Shown here: one piece after another, positions 38,417 to 47,470 of the stretch
How the letters are laid out: each line of letters begins with the position of its first letter
Position numbering within the stretch: the first letter of the stretch is position 1
Virus record (IMG/VR): IMGVR_UViG_3300027793_000055
Span: 1-64,000 of that record
Length of the DNA stretch: 64,000 nucleotides
Direction: 5' to 3' (one strand)
Source: a virus
Notes under the pieces: generated by a model
What the model saw: the letters and a program-made list of their open reading frames with translations, nothing else
What the model was told of the DNA's origin: nothing
The model's database searches: none
Translations under genes and position numbers: made by a program

Positions 38417-39082
38417 TTAGGCAATTTCATATCTAATAATTACAATACCAGATGCTCCAGCACCACCATTTTTACTATAGTATCGATGCCCCCATCGATC
38501 TCGTTCTCCACCGCCACCACCAGCGCCAGTATTTGCAATTCCAGGGAATCCAAATGAAGCTAGGCCACCACGACCACCGCCGCCAAGACCACCATTAGCA
38601 TTGCCACCAGCACCACCACCACCAGCATAATATTTTAAAGTTCCATCTATAGATGATTGTAAACCATTAATACCACCACTTGCGCCTACGCCGTTGATCT
38701 GATTCCTCGCTGAACCTTTAAAGGCACCGCCAGCGGCAGTAATATTAAAAGCCGATGATGGATTGCCAGAAGTTACAGAAAATCCACCAACAATTATCGG
38801 ATAAGATTGAGCAGCTAAAATTATAGAGCCGCTAATCATTTGACCGGCATCGCCACCATTACCATCATACTTACCAAGAATTCCACCAACAGACCCCTCA
38901 AAACCTCTACCACCACCGCCGCCGCCGCCAATAATCAAATATTCAACTAATCCCGAATATTCAATTGTTAAAGTACCATTTTGTAAAAATCTATGAACTC
39001 TGTAGGTTTTTCCATCAAGTGAAAATTGTTCAGTTATTCCACCACTACCTTCTAAAAATTCTGCTTCGCCATAAAAAAACAT
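38417..39082 (-). CDS. MFFY-leader glycine-rich domain protein (putative virion accessory)
   Basis: YRVHRF..GT..VEYLIIGGGGGGG..YYAGGGG..GIVIIRY pattern of phage Gly-rich domains. Confidence 0.8.
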   Translation of the reverse strand: MFFYGEAEFLEGSGGITEQFSLDGKTYRVHRFLQNGTLTIEYSGLVEYLIIGGGGGGGRGFEGSVGGILGKYDGNGGDAGQMISGSIILAAQSYPIIVGGFSVTSGNPSSAFNITAAGGAFKGSARNQINGVGASGGINGLQSSIDGTLKYYAGGGGAGGNANGGLGGGGRGGLASFGFPGIANTGAGGGGGERDRWGHRYYSKNGGAGASGIVIIRYEIA

Positions 39083-39140
39083 ATTTAGTGTCTCCTGTCG
39101 TCCAACGACAAATACAGATATAAATAGTTTTAAAATTTAT

Positions 39141-39169
39141 AAAACAAAACCCGCCATTTCTGGCGGGTT
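39141..39169 (-). terminator. Terminator after the major capsid gene (variant of the repeated hairpin)
   Basis: aacccgcca-gaaa-tggcgggtt followed by ttgtttt on the minus strand. Confidence 0.85.
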
Positions 39170-39196
39170 CTGCTAGAATATTAGTCTAATCTGTTA

Positions 39197-40915
39197 TCAG
39201 CCCAAGAGATCTTGAACAACAACTAGACCGAACATATCTGGACGTACCATCTTCTTAGCGTAACGGGTCATAACGCCTTTACGTGGTACGAAGTCTTCGG
39301 TACCAAAGATGGTTGGTGTGACTTGGAGTGGTACGTATGGAGCGTAGACATATCCGCTTTCGAGGAATTGTGTACCACGACGACCAACTAGCAACAAGTT
39401 ACGTGGGAAGTATGGGTCAACCATAACATCCCATTTCTTGCTGAGTGAACCAACTTTAACTGCACCGGCTGTGCCCTTGGCTTCATCTGGAACAACACCT
39501 GAAGCACGGAAGCCAGCAGTCATTTCGAGGATACTGGCAACTTCTGGTGAAGTTACGATAAAGTTAGCACCACCACGTAATGTTTTACGGTGGATTTGAG
39601 CACTTAGATCATTAACGGTTTCGAGTAGTGTTTCGTACCACATTGAAACGTTACCGGTAAAGTCTGCACCAAGTAGATCTTCATTTGCTGAAGCACTGAT
39701 TGGAGCACCAGTTGCTTTGTTGACAAAGCGACCTGGACGACGTGACCAGTGATAAACACCGGCTGTAGCGCCTTTAACGAGGTCTTCTAGGACTTCTTGG
39801 TCGATTTCAAGAGCGATGTGCTCGCTCATGATGCTTGTCAATTCGACTTCGGCGTCGAGATTGTGGTAAGCATTTAGATCTTGACCGAGTTCTGGTGTCC
39901 ACTTGACTTTGAGTTTTTTGGTTTTGGCACTAACTGAAACTGAATCAATTTTTACATCGATTTCTGGAATTTCAGAACTACCTTCAAGACCCCAAAGTTG
40001 TTGTGCTAATACAGAACCTAGAGCACCACCAACACCTAGATTATCATCTATTGGGAAGGTTATAGATTTAGTACCACTTGTTAATTCAGTTTGTAAAGCA
40101 CCAAGAACAGCTGCACTGTTTGCTTTAAATACTAAACGCAAATGAGTATAAGTATCACCACCAACATCGGCACCGCTAGCATCGCACTTAGCAGTTAAAC
40201 GACGTACTTGTGTACCATTTGTGACTGCAGTTGTAACTTTGATAGCAACTAGATTGCTCTTGTTTAGTTTTTGGCCACCAACTTCTAGTGAAGCTACTGG
40301 AACAACAACAGCAATAACACCGTCTGAACCTGAAACTAGATCTGGATCGAAACGTAGAGCACGATCAAGTGCTGGATCAGCACCAACTAATTGACCACCA
40401 CCAAGTACCGAGGTCAATGAGGCAGTTACTGAACCGGTTGGTGAGCTATAACCGTTGTTTAAGCTGTAGAATGATTTTTCGAGGTTAACACCAGTTAAAT
40501 CAACGCCGCCTGTGATTTGGCTAGCAACACGACCACCACCAAATACTGAATCATTTGCATCTAGACCTAAACGGCTTCCGCTGACTTGGAAGTCAAGGAA
40601 GAAGATTAGACCGCTTGGTAGACTCATTGGTTGTACTGAAACAAGTTCATTGGCAATCAATGAACCGAATACACGGCGAACGATTGGGAATGCAACAGCT
40701 GCGAAACCTTCAACGTCACCAGCACTCATTGCACTACTTTCTTTGAGTAGTTGTTTGGCTTGGTTTTCCAATAGAACGGCCATACCATTCTTTTGGCTCT
40801 CATCACGAAGACCTTCTAATAGACCGGTCTTTTCCCATTTTGCACGTAGAGCGGCACCTTCTTTTGTAAGGTCACGGTCAACGATATTCTCTGTTAAACG
40901 CTTTAAAATTGACAT
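39197..40915 (-). CDS. Major capsid protein (gp23-like)
   Basis: KWEKTGLLEGL, VQPMSLPSGLIF, KLKVKWT.EL.QDL.A.H, YAPYVPL, GVMTRY. Confidence 0.96.
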   Translation of the reverse strand: MSILKRLTENIVDRDLTKEGAALRAKWEKTGLLEGLRDESQKNGMAVLLENQAKQLLKESSAMSAGDVEGFAAVAFPIVRRVFGSLIANELVSVQPMSLPSGLIFFLDFQVSGSRLGLDANDSVFGGGRVASQITGGVDLTGVNLEKSFYSLNNGYSSPTGSVTASLTSVLGGGQLVGADPALDRALRFDPDLVSGSDGVIAVVVPVASLEVGGQKLNKSNLVAIKVTTAVTNGTQVRRLTAKCDASGADVGGDTYTHLRLVFKANSAAVLGALQTELTSGTKSITFPIDDNLGVGGALGSVLAQQLWGLEGSSEIPEIDVKIDSVSVSAKTKKLKVKWTPELGQDLNAYHNLDAEVELTSIMSEHIALEIDQEVLEDLVKGATAGVYHWSRRPGRFVNKATGAPISASANEDLLGADFTGNVSMWYETLLETVNDLSAQIHRKTLRGGANFIVTSPEVASILEMTAGFRASGVVPDEAKGTAGAVKVGSLSKKWDVMVDPYFPRNLLLVGRRGTQFLESGYVYAPYVPLQVTPTIFGTEDFVPRKGVMTRYAKKMVRPDMFGLVVVQDLLG

Positions 40916-40945
40916 TGTAATTCTCCTTAAATGAATTAATAAATA

Positions 40946-42301
40946 CTATTTCTTGATACCTGCAAGTTTACTCCATCTATCAAAAGCTGGTGTAGTTGCT
41001 GGTTCTTCTTTCTCTCTAGAACGAATACTAAAACTACTATTTCGTGAAACTGCTTCGCTTAGTGATTTTGGTTCTTTTGTTGCCTTAGCTGAACCCACCG
41101 TGCTTTGAAGTGTTTCAAATATAATTTTAACTTCGTCTACAGAATCAGCTTTTGAAATAGCTTCGACAATATGATTTTTTTGTCGCTCATTCAAGGAGAC
41201 GCTACTTAGTGCCTGATTCTTGTAATATAACTTAGCATTTTGAACATTCATTTGTTCAACCTGCTTCGCAAATTCTAATGCACTTATTTGCATTTCTTTA
41301 TGCTCTTTTAATAAACGTGCATTTTCTTCTGCTAGTAGCTTGTTCTTATTCTGAACTTTTTTATGCTCTTCTAGCAGTTGTGAAGTTTTTTGGGCCAAAA
41401 CTTGTGCTTCATTTAGCATTTTCTTTTCATTGTTTTTGGCAGTTTTGTTTTCACGCAATTGGCCTGTGATTAAGTGTTTTGCAACTTCTGCTGCAATTGC
41501 ATTAATTAATTTATTATCTTTAATTGCTTCTATGCCAACATCGCCTTCGATTTGTGCTTTATCTGAACTAGTACGATTTGGATAACGAGCATCTTCTTCT
41601 AGATCCTCTGAATCTTCTGACTCTTTGCTATCATCATCTAATTCAACGCCACGAGCAACAAGAACATCTTTTTTTGTTACCTTATTAAATGGAGGAGCTT
41701 TAGCAGCTAGATCTTTTTCACGATCTGACATTTCTTCTAAATCTTCTACTTCTTGGAATAATTCTTCATCTTCTAAAAGACTATTGATTAGTTCTTCATC
41801 TAATTCAATTTCTTCATCCATATTTTCTTCTTGCATTAATGGCTCTTCTTCTGGTACTTCTGGTGCCATATTTGCATTTACATCTGGTGCAGCAGGAGAT
41901 TCTTCAGCAGGAGTCATTGGTGCTGGAAGTGTACTTTGTGCAACTTGCATTTCTGGTGGTTGCATCATAGCTTTTTGCAATTGATTAAAATCAATTTCTA
42001 TAACTTCTTCATTATCTGGACAAGGACATAAATTCATTCCATTTGTAGCTGCCATAGGTATCTGTTTATCTAAACTACCTTGTGCTTGATCAGCACCTAA
42101 AGTATCCATATCTGGATCTAATAATGGTTCTTCAGTTCCTATATCACCGGGAGAAGCTTCATCTTGCTCTAAAAGAAGAGCTTCAACAGCTTTTTTAACT
42201 TCTGGATTATATTTTTCTAATATTGTTTCTTGTGCACTCTTTAAAGCAGCTTCTTTAAGTGCTTTTGCATCAATTATGGCTTCTTCTAGCAAATTTGACA
42301 T
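40946..42301 (-). CDS. Prohead core / scaffold protein (gp22-like)
   Basis: Acidic coiled-coil protein immediately upstream of MCP; NAKL.Y.N. Confidence 0.8.
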   Translation of the reverse strand: MSNLLEEAIIDAKALKEAALKSAQETILEKYNPEVKKAVEALLLEQDEASPGDIGTEEPLLDPDMDTLGADQAQGSLDKQIPMAATNGMNLCPCPDNEEVIEIDFNQLQKAMMQPPEMQVAQSTLPAPMTPAEESPAAPDVNANMAPEVPEEEPLMQEENMDEEIELDEELINSLLEDEELFQEVEDLEEMSDREKDLAAKAPPFNKVTKKDVLVARGVELDDDSKESEDSEDLEEDARYPNRTSSDKAQIEGDVGIEAIKDNKLINAIAAEVAKHLITGQLRENKTAKNNEKKMLNEAQVLAQKTSQLLEEHKKVQNKNKLLAEENARLLKEHKEMQISALEFAKQVEQMNVQNAKLYYKNQALSSVSLNERQKNHIVEAISKADSVDEVKIIFETLQSTVGSAKATKEPKSLSEAVSRNSSFSIRSREKEEPATTPAFDRWSKLAGIKK

Positions 42302-42365
42302 TCTTGTCTCCCAAATAAATATAGAAATTCAATATAACTAGTATACTAGTTGTATAAAATGCCTT

Positions 42366-42920
42366 TTAACGCTTGTTAATCATACATTTTATTAAATTGC
42401 TGTCACCGGATGCATCTTCAAGAGCTTGACCAATTATAATACCGGTTAAATCTCTTTTAAAAACACTCCATTTTTTCTTCTTGACTGCCATTCCGTGGCC
42501 TGTTATATTACTAGTACAGATAAAATCACCACGTTTAACTTCACCAGTTACTAAAACTAATTCTGCTCCAAAAACAACCGGTTCACTTTTGTTGTCTTTA
42601 GTAACACCCATAACAAGTATATCTTCTTCTTTTCTGCAGGGTTCTAGACCATTTTCACCCCAAACAAGCACAGTGCCATCACTATACATAGCAATTGATG
42701 GCGTTGAGAGGCCATATTCGAATATAGCACCAACTGTTGTTTGTACAGCATATATATCTTTCCAACGAAATGTAGGACTACCTAGATCTGTAATACCATT
42801 TCCATTAGGTGATAAATTTCCAGTAACCGCAACAGAACCGCTAAAACTAACAGTTCCATTATCTAATATTCTATGGATTACAGTGGTGCCTTTATATACG
42901 GCAAGACCTTTTGCTGCCAT
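42366..42920 (-). CDS. Short fibre-related protein with chaperone/peptidase G2-like C-terminal region
   Basis: DLGS..RW..IYA, VTGEVKRGDFICTS..G.GM..IIGQALE; N-terminus like that of the long fibre. Confidence 0.55.
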   Translation of the reverse strand: MAAKGLAVYKGTTVIHRILDNGTVSFSGSVAVTGNLSPNGNGITDLGSPTFRWKDIYAVQTTVGAIFEYGLSTPSIAMYSDGTVLVWGENGLEPCRKEEDILVMGVTKDNKSEPVVFGAELVLVTGEVKRGDFICTSNITGHGMAVKKKKWSVFKRDLTGIIIGQALEDASGDSNLIKCMINKR

Positions 42921-42978
42921 TATTAACCTCTACAATATTATAAATATAGCTATAACACAAAAAAAGCCAATTTTAATT

Positions 42979-43009
42979 AAAAAAAAGAAGGGCTGACCAG
43001 CAGCCCTTC
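42979..43009 (-). terminator. Intrinsic terminator after the fibre gene
   Basis: gaagggctg-ctggt-cagcccttc + T tract on the minus strand. Confidence 0.75.
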
Positions 43010-43034
43010 CTAAACCAACCTAAATCAGTTTAAA

Positions 43035-46000
43035 TCAGCCCATATAGAATGGAGCATCAAACCATTCACCATCTTGACGGAAGTACCAGCACTTGCCACG
43101 TGGGAAAGTACCTGTTGGATCGTCACTTACATCGGTGAGATAGAACATATCACCATCTTGTGCTGTACGGGCGGCAGCTTGTACACGTGTCATTCTGGTT
43201 GAGACAGCGCCTTGTGATACTTGCATATCACCGGTTGAAACTGTCAAACCACCAGCTACTGTTGCGCCACCAGTGACACTCAAACCAGCACTAGCTGAGA
43301 GTTGAGCGGCTGATAGTGAACCGGCGATACTAACTGAATCTTTTAGAGAAACAGTTACAACGCCTGCTGCACTTGCAACAGCGATATTGCTTGAACTGAC
43401 AATCGAGAATGCACCACCAAATGGATCAACAGACATACCGTTGACACTAAATGATGCACTATTGATTTGTGCTTGTAGACCAGCTTCAGCAGCGGTTGCA
43501 CGTTGGATTTCAGAAACTAAGTTGCCACTTAGTGTACTGATATCTGCACCAATATTTGTGACAGCAGCTAATAGAGCATTATCATTGGTTAGATCGATGC
43601 TGTTAACAAAGTCAACAACTTCTTTAAATGTATCGAGATCAACACTTGAGCCTGATAGAATTGCATCAATTCTACCTTTTTCAGTGTTAATTGCTGATTG
43701 TAAACCAGCTTCAGCGCCTTCAGCACGGGTTTTTTCTGCTGCAATTGCTGTAGCTAATGAACCTGATACTGAATCAAGATTACTTTGTACGAGTGCTTCT
43801 GCTGTTGCTGCTCTAGATGCTTCAGCAGCTAGTGCAGTTGCAAAAGAACTTGATAGTGAAGAATTAGCACTTGTTTGAGCCGAATCAAGACTATCAATAT
43901 AACCCTTTAGTGAGCCAGATGCTGAATCTAGGTTACTTTGTATTAATCCTTCTGCTGCTGTTGCTCTGGCAATTTCTGCAGCCAATGCTGAAGAAAGTGA
44001 ACTTGAAAGAGCTGATGTATCACCAGATGCGCCAGATTGAATTGCGTCAATAGCAGCTTTCAATGAACCTGAAACACTGTCCAAATTTGACTGTACAGCT
44101 GCATCACCCGCTATTCTAGCAGCTATTTCTGCTGCTAACGAACTGGAAACAGCACCAGATAGATCTGTTACTGCTGCAGCACGATCAGTAATTTCTTGTA
44201 CAAGAGCACCACTAATAGCGGCAACTCTTAATGTCAAGTCTTGTGCAGCACTTCCTGAACCATCCAAGAAAGCAGCGATTTCTTGAATACTGTTCAATGA
44301 AGAAGTGATTGTTGCTAGTGTTGCACTATCACCAACTATTGCATTAACAGTTGTTTCTAGTGAGCCAACACGAGTATTAAATGAACTAGAAAGTGAATTT
44401 CTAGCAGTTGTTTGAGCGCCTAATGCAGCATCAATACCAGCAAAGTGACCTAATGAACTGGTTACTGTACCAGACATTGTGTAATTTACTGGAACATGTG
44501 AAACGAATTGGCTTCCTGCATTATCCAAGAAATCATAAACAACACCACTACCAGTATCTAATGCTCTGGCAGTTAGAATGCCATTGCTTGCTCTACTAAA
44601 TGCTAGAGTTGTGTGAGATACAGAGTCAATCTTATATCTTGCTGTACCGGTTGTTGGACCAATCTTGTATACTGAAGCACCGCCTTGACTTGCTACAGTT
44701 ATTGCTCTAAATTGGGTGTTAACTATGCCCAAGTATGAAGTTGATGTACTGCCACCAATTGAACCGTTGGTAACAACACCACCCATTGTGCGGTCAATAT
44801 CATAAACACGGCAACCATCAATTTCACCAATGGTCATTGTTGGACCAATTACTGATGCAAATGTTGAGTTGTGTGCTTTAAGTGTTAATGAGCCGAAAGA
44901 TGGTACTGTGGTACTTGCTCCAAATGGAACAAAGCCGCAGTATGTTCTTGAACCTGAATCAGCATTACCGATTCTGGATGATTCAACTTCTAGAACAACC
45001 GCTGGTGCGCGTGCTGATGTGACAGTGTTGTCATGAATCATTACTACGCCGCCGAGGATGGCTGCATTATCAACTGAAACATAGAACTGACCGAAGTTTG
45101 AATCCCAATTATAGTTTGCACCACCATTTTCGAATTCAAGTGATGTTCTACCGGTTACTGTAACAACGTTCGCTGTTGGATCTGATTCAAGACCGCCACC
45201 TGCATCACCAGCGATTTCAAAACTCATTTGAGCAGAGAAGCCGGTCCATGGTGCTGGATATTGCGCCTTAAATGCTTCTAGATTTGATGCTGGGAAGTCT
45301 GCCTTCTTAACATCCATCTTAACGGTACCGGCGATTCTAGCGCCATTACCAACTAGGGCAACACGGGCACGCTTAAATCCTAGTACAACATCTTCTGCAT
45401 ATGTACCAGGAGCTAGTTTAAAGATTAGTTTTTCAGTAACGAATTTTTCAACATTAGCATTGTATGTTGTATTCGAAGAATTACCTAATGACTGAACTTG
45501 TGAATAAGCGTAGTTGATTGTTCTGAATGGTTTTAATAGTGTACCATTACCAACTGCGTCTAAACCACCAACAGGGTCAACGTGTACTACGTTACCATTA
45601 TATGCTTCTAGAGCATCTAATCTTACATCTAGTGCATCAATTGAACTTGATAGTGCTTGATCTGCTGCAATACGTGCAGAAGCTTCGGCACTAATAGCAC
45701 CAGATAGAGAGCCGGAAACTGAATCTAGGTTACTTTGAACCTGTGCTTCAGCAGCGGTTGCTCTGGTAACTTCAGCAGCTAGTGCTGAAGAAAGCGAACT
45801 TGAAACTTCACCGTCTCTTAAATCAATATAGGACTTTAGTGAACTTGAAAGTGCTGAAGTATCACCAGAAGCACCTGATTGAATTGCGTCAATAGCTGCT
45901 TTTAATGAACTTGAAACATTATTCAAATTTGTTTGGACTGCTGCATCGCCAGAAACACGATCAGTTGCTTCTTGTACCAAAGCACCACTGATACGGCTTA

Positions 46001-46553
46001 CTTCGGTACTCAAGTCAGCAACTAGAGTTACTGGATTGCCATCACCGTCTAGATATTCAGCTAGATTTTGAATGGTTGTTAATGCAGCAGAAATGCTGCC
46101 TGTATCACCAATCAATGTATTAACTGTTGTTTCTAGTGTGCCAACACGACCGGTCAAAGATGAAACGGCTGTGTTATTTGAAGCTGTATAAGCATTTAAT
46201 GCTGATGCAGCTGCATTAGCAACTGCAGTATCGCCAGCTTCTCTTGCTGCAGCTTCTGCACTATCTTGTGCATCAATATATGATTTTAGCGAACTTGAAA
46301 GAGCCGCCTCGCCATTTGCTGCTTCGTTTTTTAATTCAACTAAAATACCACCTAGTGTGGTATTTGAGAATTCACCGCCAACATTACCAACTAGAATATT
46401 GTTGGCTGATGCGGTTAGTTGACCGGTTACGTTAATGTTACCACTAACTGTTACTGCTGCTGGATTTACAGCGGTACCGAGTTCAACTCTACCATCTTGC
46501 ATTAATTTGTGGACTACTGCGGAGCCACTAAATACTGCTAAACCTTTTTTCAT
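43035..46553 (-). CDS. Long fibre/whisker-like structural protein (coiled-coil repeats, central beta-rich domain)
   Basis: 1172 aa, Ala/Ser-rich repeats, VHVDP..G.D..GNGT..KPFRTI beta-helix-like start, C-terminal YFRQDGEWF. Confidence 0.7.
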   Translation of the reverse strand: MKKGLAVFSGSAVVHKLMQDGRVELGTAVNPAAVTVSGNINVTGQLTASANNILVGNVGGEFSNTTLGGILVELKNEAANGEAALSSSLKSYIDAQDSAEAAAREAGDTAVANAAASALNAYTASNNTAVSSLTGRVGTLETTVNTLIGDTGSISAALTTIQNLAEYLDGDGNPVTLVADLSTEVSRISGALVQEATDRVSGDAAVQTNLNNVSSSLKAAIDAIQSGASGDTSALSSSLKSYIDLRDGEVSSSLSSALAAEVTRATAAEAQVQSNLDSVSGSLSGAISAEASARIAADQALSSSIDALDVRLDALEAYNGNVVHVDPVGGLDAVGNGTLLKPFRTINYAYSQVQSLGNSSNTTYNANVEKFVTEKLIFKLAPGTYAEDVVLGFKRARVALVGNGARIAGTVKMDVKKADFPASNLEAFKAQYPAPWTGFSAQMSFEIAGDAGGGLESDPTANVVTVTGRTSLEFENGGANYNWDSNFGQFYVSVDNAAILGGVVMIHDNTVTSARAPAVVLEVESSRIGNADSGSRTYCGFVPFGASTTVPSFGSLTLKAHNSTFASVIGPTMTIGEIDGCRVYDIDRTMGGVVTNGSIGGSTSTSYLGIVNTQFRAITVASQGGASVYKIGPTTGTARYKIDSVSHTTLAFSRASNGILTARALDTGSGVVYDFLDNAGSQFVSHVPVNYTMSGTVTSSLGHFAGIDAALGAQTTARNSLSSSFNTRVGSLETTVNAIVGDSATLATITSSLNSIQEIAAFLDGSGSAAQDLTLRVAAISGALVQEITDRAAAVTDLSGAVSSSLAAEIAARIAGDAAVQSNLDSVSGSLKAAIDAIQSGASGDTSALSSSLSSALAAEIARATAAEGLIQSNLDSASGSLKGYIDSLDSAQTSANSSLSSSFATALAAEASRAATAEALVQSNLDSVSGSLATAIAAEKTRAEGAEAGLQSAINTEKGRIDAILSGSSVDLDTFKEVVDFVNSIDLTNDNALLAAVTNIGADISTLSGNLVSEIQRATAAEAGLQAQINSASFSVNGMSVDPFGGAFSIVSSSNIAVASAAGVVTVSLKDSVSIAGSLSAAQLSASAGLSVTGGATVAGGLTVSTGDMQVSQGAVSTRMTRVQAAARTAQDGDMFYLTDVSDDPTGTFPRGKCWYFRQDGEWFDAPFYMG

Positions 46554-46693
46554 ATTTTTAAATCTCCTAAATAAGTTAAAGATCTTTTATATTGTACCAG
46601 GCCCAATTATAAAAGTTTCGATTATATATAATTAGTTTCAAAATTTTTTAAAAATCTTAAGTAGTCTCTCTGTTTTTATAAATCCTCGTCGAC

Positions 46694-46722
46694 AAAACAA
46701 AATGTGGCATTGCTGCCACATT
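46694..46722 (-). terminator. Intrinsic terminator after rpsU
   Basis: aatgtggca-N4-tgccacatt followed by ttgtttt. Confidence 0.8.
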
Positions 46723-46775
46723 CTATTTAACTTATTTAGGAATATCTGACTTATCTAACACATCTGACAATTTGG

Positions 46776-46982
46776 TCAATCTTTTTCCGAAGCTTTTTCT
46801 TGTTTAAGCTTCTCTAACACCCTCTTTCTTCTGCGTTTTTGTTCATTCCTTTTGACCGAAGGTTTTTTAAAATATTTTCTTTCTTGTAGGTTGTCCATTA
46901 AACCACTTTTCTTAACTTTATTAAGAAATTTTTTAATGGCAAAGTCTACATTTTCATCTCTACCGACCTTTACCGCTGTCAT
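46776..46982 (-). CDS. rpsU: Phage-encoded 30S ribosomal protein bS21
   Basis: V.V..DE.VD.AIKKF..KVKKSG...L.ERKYF.KPS.KR pattern; 68 aa, basic. Confidence 0.88.
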   Translation of the reverse strand: MTAVKVGRDENVDFAIKKFLNKVKKSGLMDNLQERKYFKKPSVKRNEQKRRRKRVLEKLKQEKASEKD

Positions 46983-47458
46983 TTCTTCGTACCTTTCATA
47001 AATGCTTGTGTAAACTTTGGATTTAACAAGCCACTAATATCAACTCCAGCATCATTTGGTGCTATTCCTTGAAGTGGATTAACTGGACCGGTTTGAACCG
47101 GTTCATCCGGAATAGTATCGTTGATACCTTCAAAAATGTTAACACCTTTGTATGCTGTTCTGCCAATATTATCTAATGCTTCTCTATTATTACTTAAAAC
47201 TTTTTTAGCTTGTGATCTTTTTAGGATCTCGCGCATATGTGAATCTTGATCAAATCCTTTTTCTTCTTCAAGGAATTGCTGTTTTGGTTGTATTTTTGTT
47301 GGTTGTTTGTTTTCAACTAATACAGGTTGTAAGCCTTTTACAACTTCACTGATAACTTGAGATAATAATCCACTTTCTAAAAGAATGGTTTGAATATTTT
47401 CATTAACACATTCCCTTACAATTGGTTCAATTATCTCTTTTAACTCACTCTTTTTCAT
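46979..47458 (-). CDS. Hypothetical head-associated protein
   Basis: Between protease and bS21; MKKSELKEIIE N-terminus. Confidence 0.65.
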   Translation of the reverse strand: MKKSELKEIIEPIVRECVNENIQTILLESGLLSQVISEVVKGLQPVLVENKQPTKIQPKQQFLEEEKGFDQDSHMREILKRSQAKKVLSNNREALDNIGRTAYKGVNIFEGINDTIPDEPVQTGPVNPLQGIAPNDAGVDISGLLNPKFTQAFMKGTKK

Positions 47459-47470
47459 TCTTGCCTCGTA

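Noticed and set aside
39119-39126. T4-type late promoter TATAAATA on the plus strand
   Set aside because: It faces away from all genes; interpreted instead as the reverse complement of the minus-strand ACTANTTA motif.
35247-39169. Repeated 33-85 bp elements as a CRISPR array
   Set aside because: The spacing is 0.9-1.6 kb with whole genes between copies; the repeats are terminator/promoter units and no cas genes are present.
46755-46775. Possible sigma70 promoter TTGACC downstream of rpsU
   Set aside because: No acceptable -10 box at 17-nt spacing, and it would fire into a terminator.
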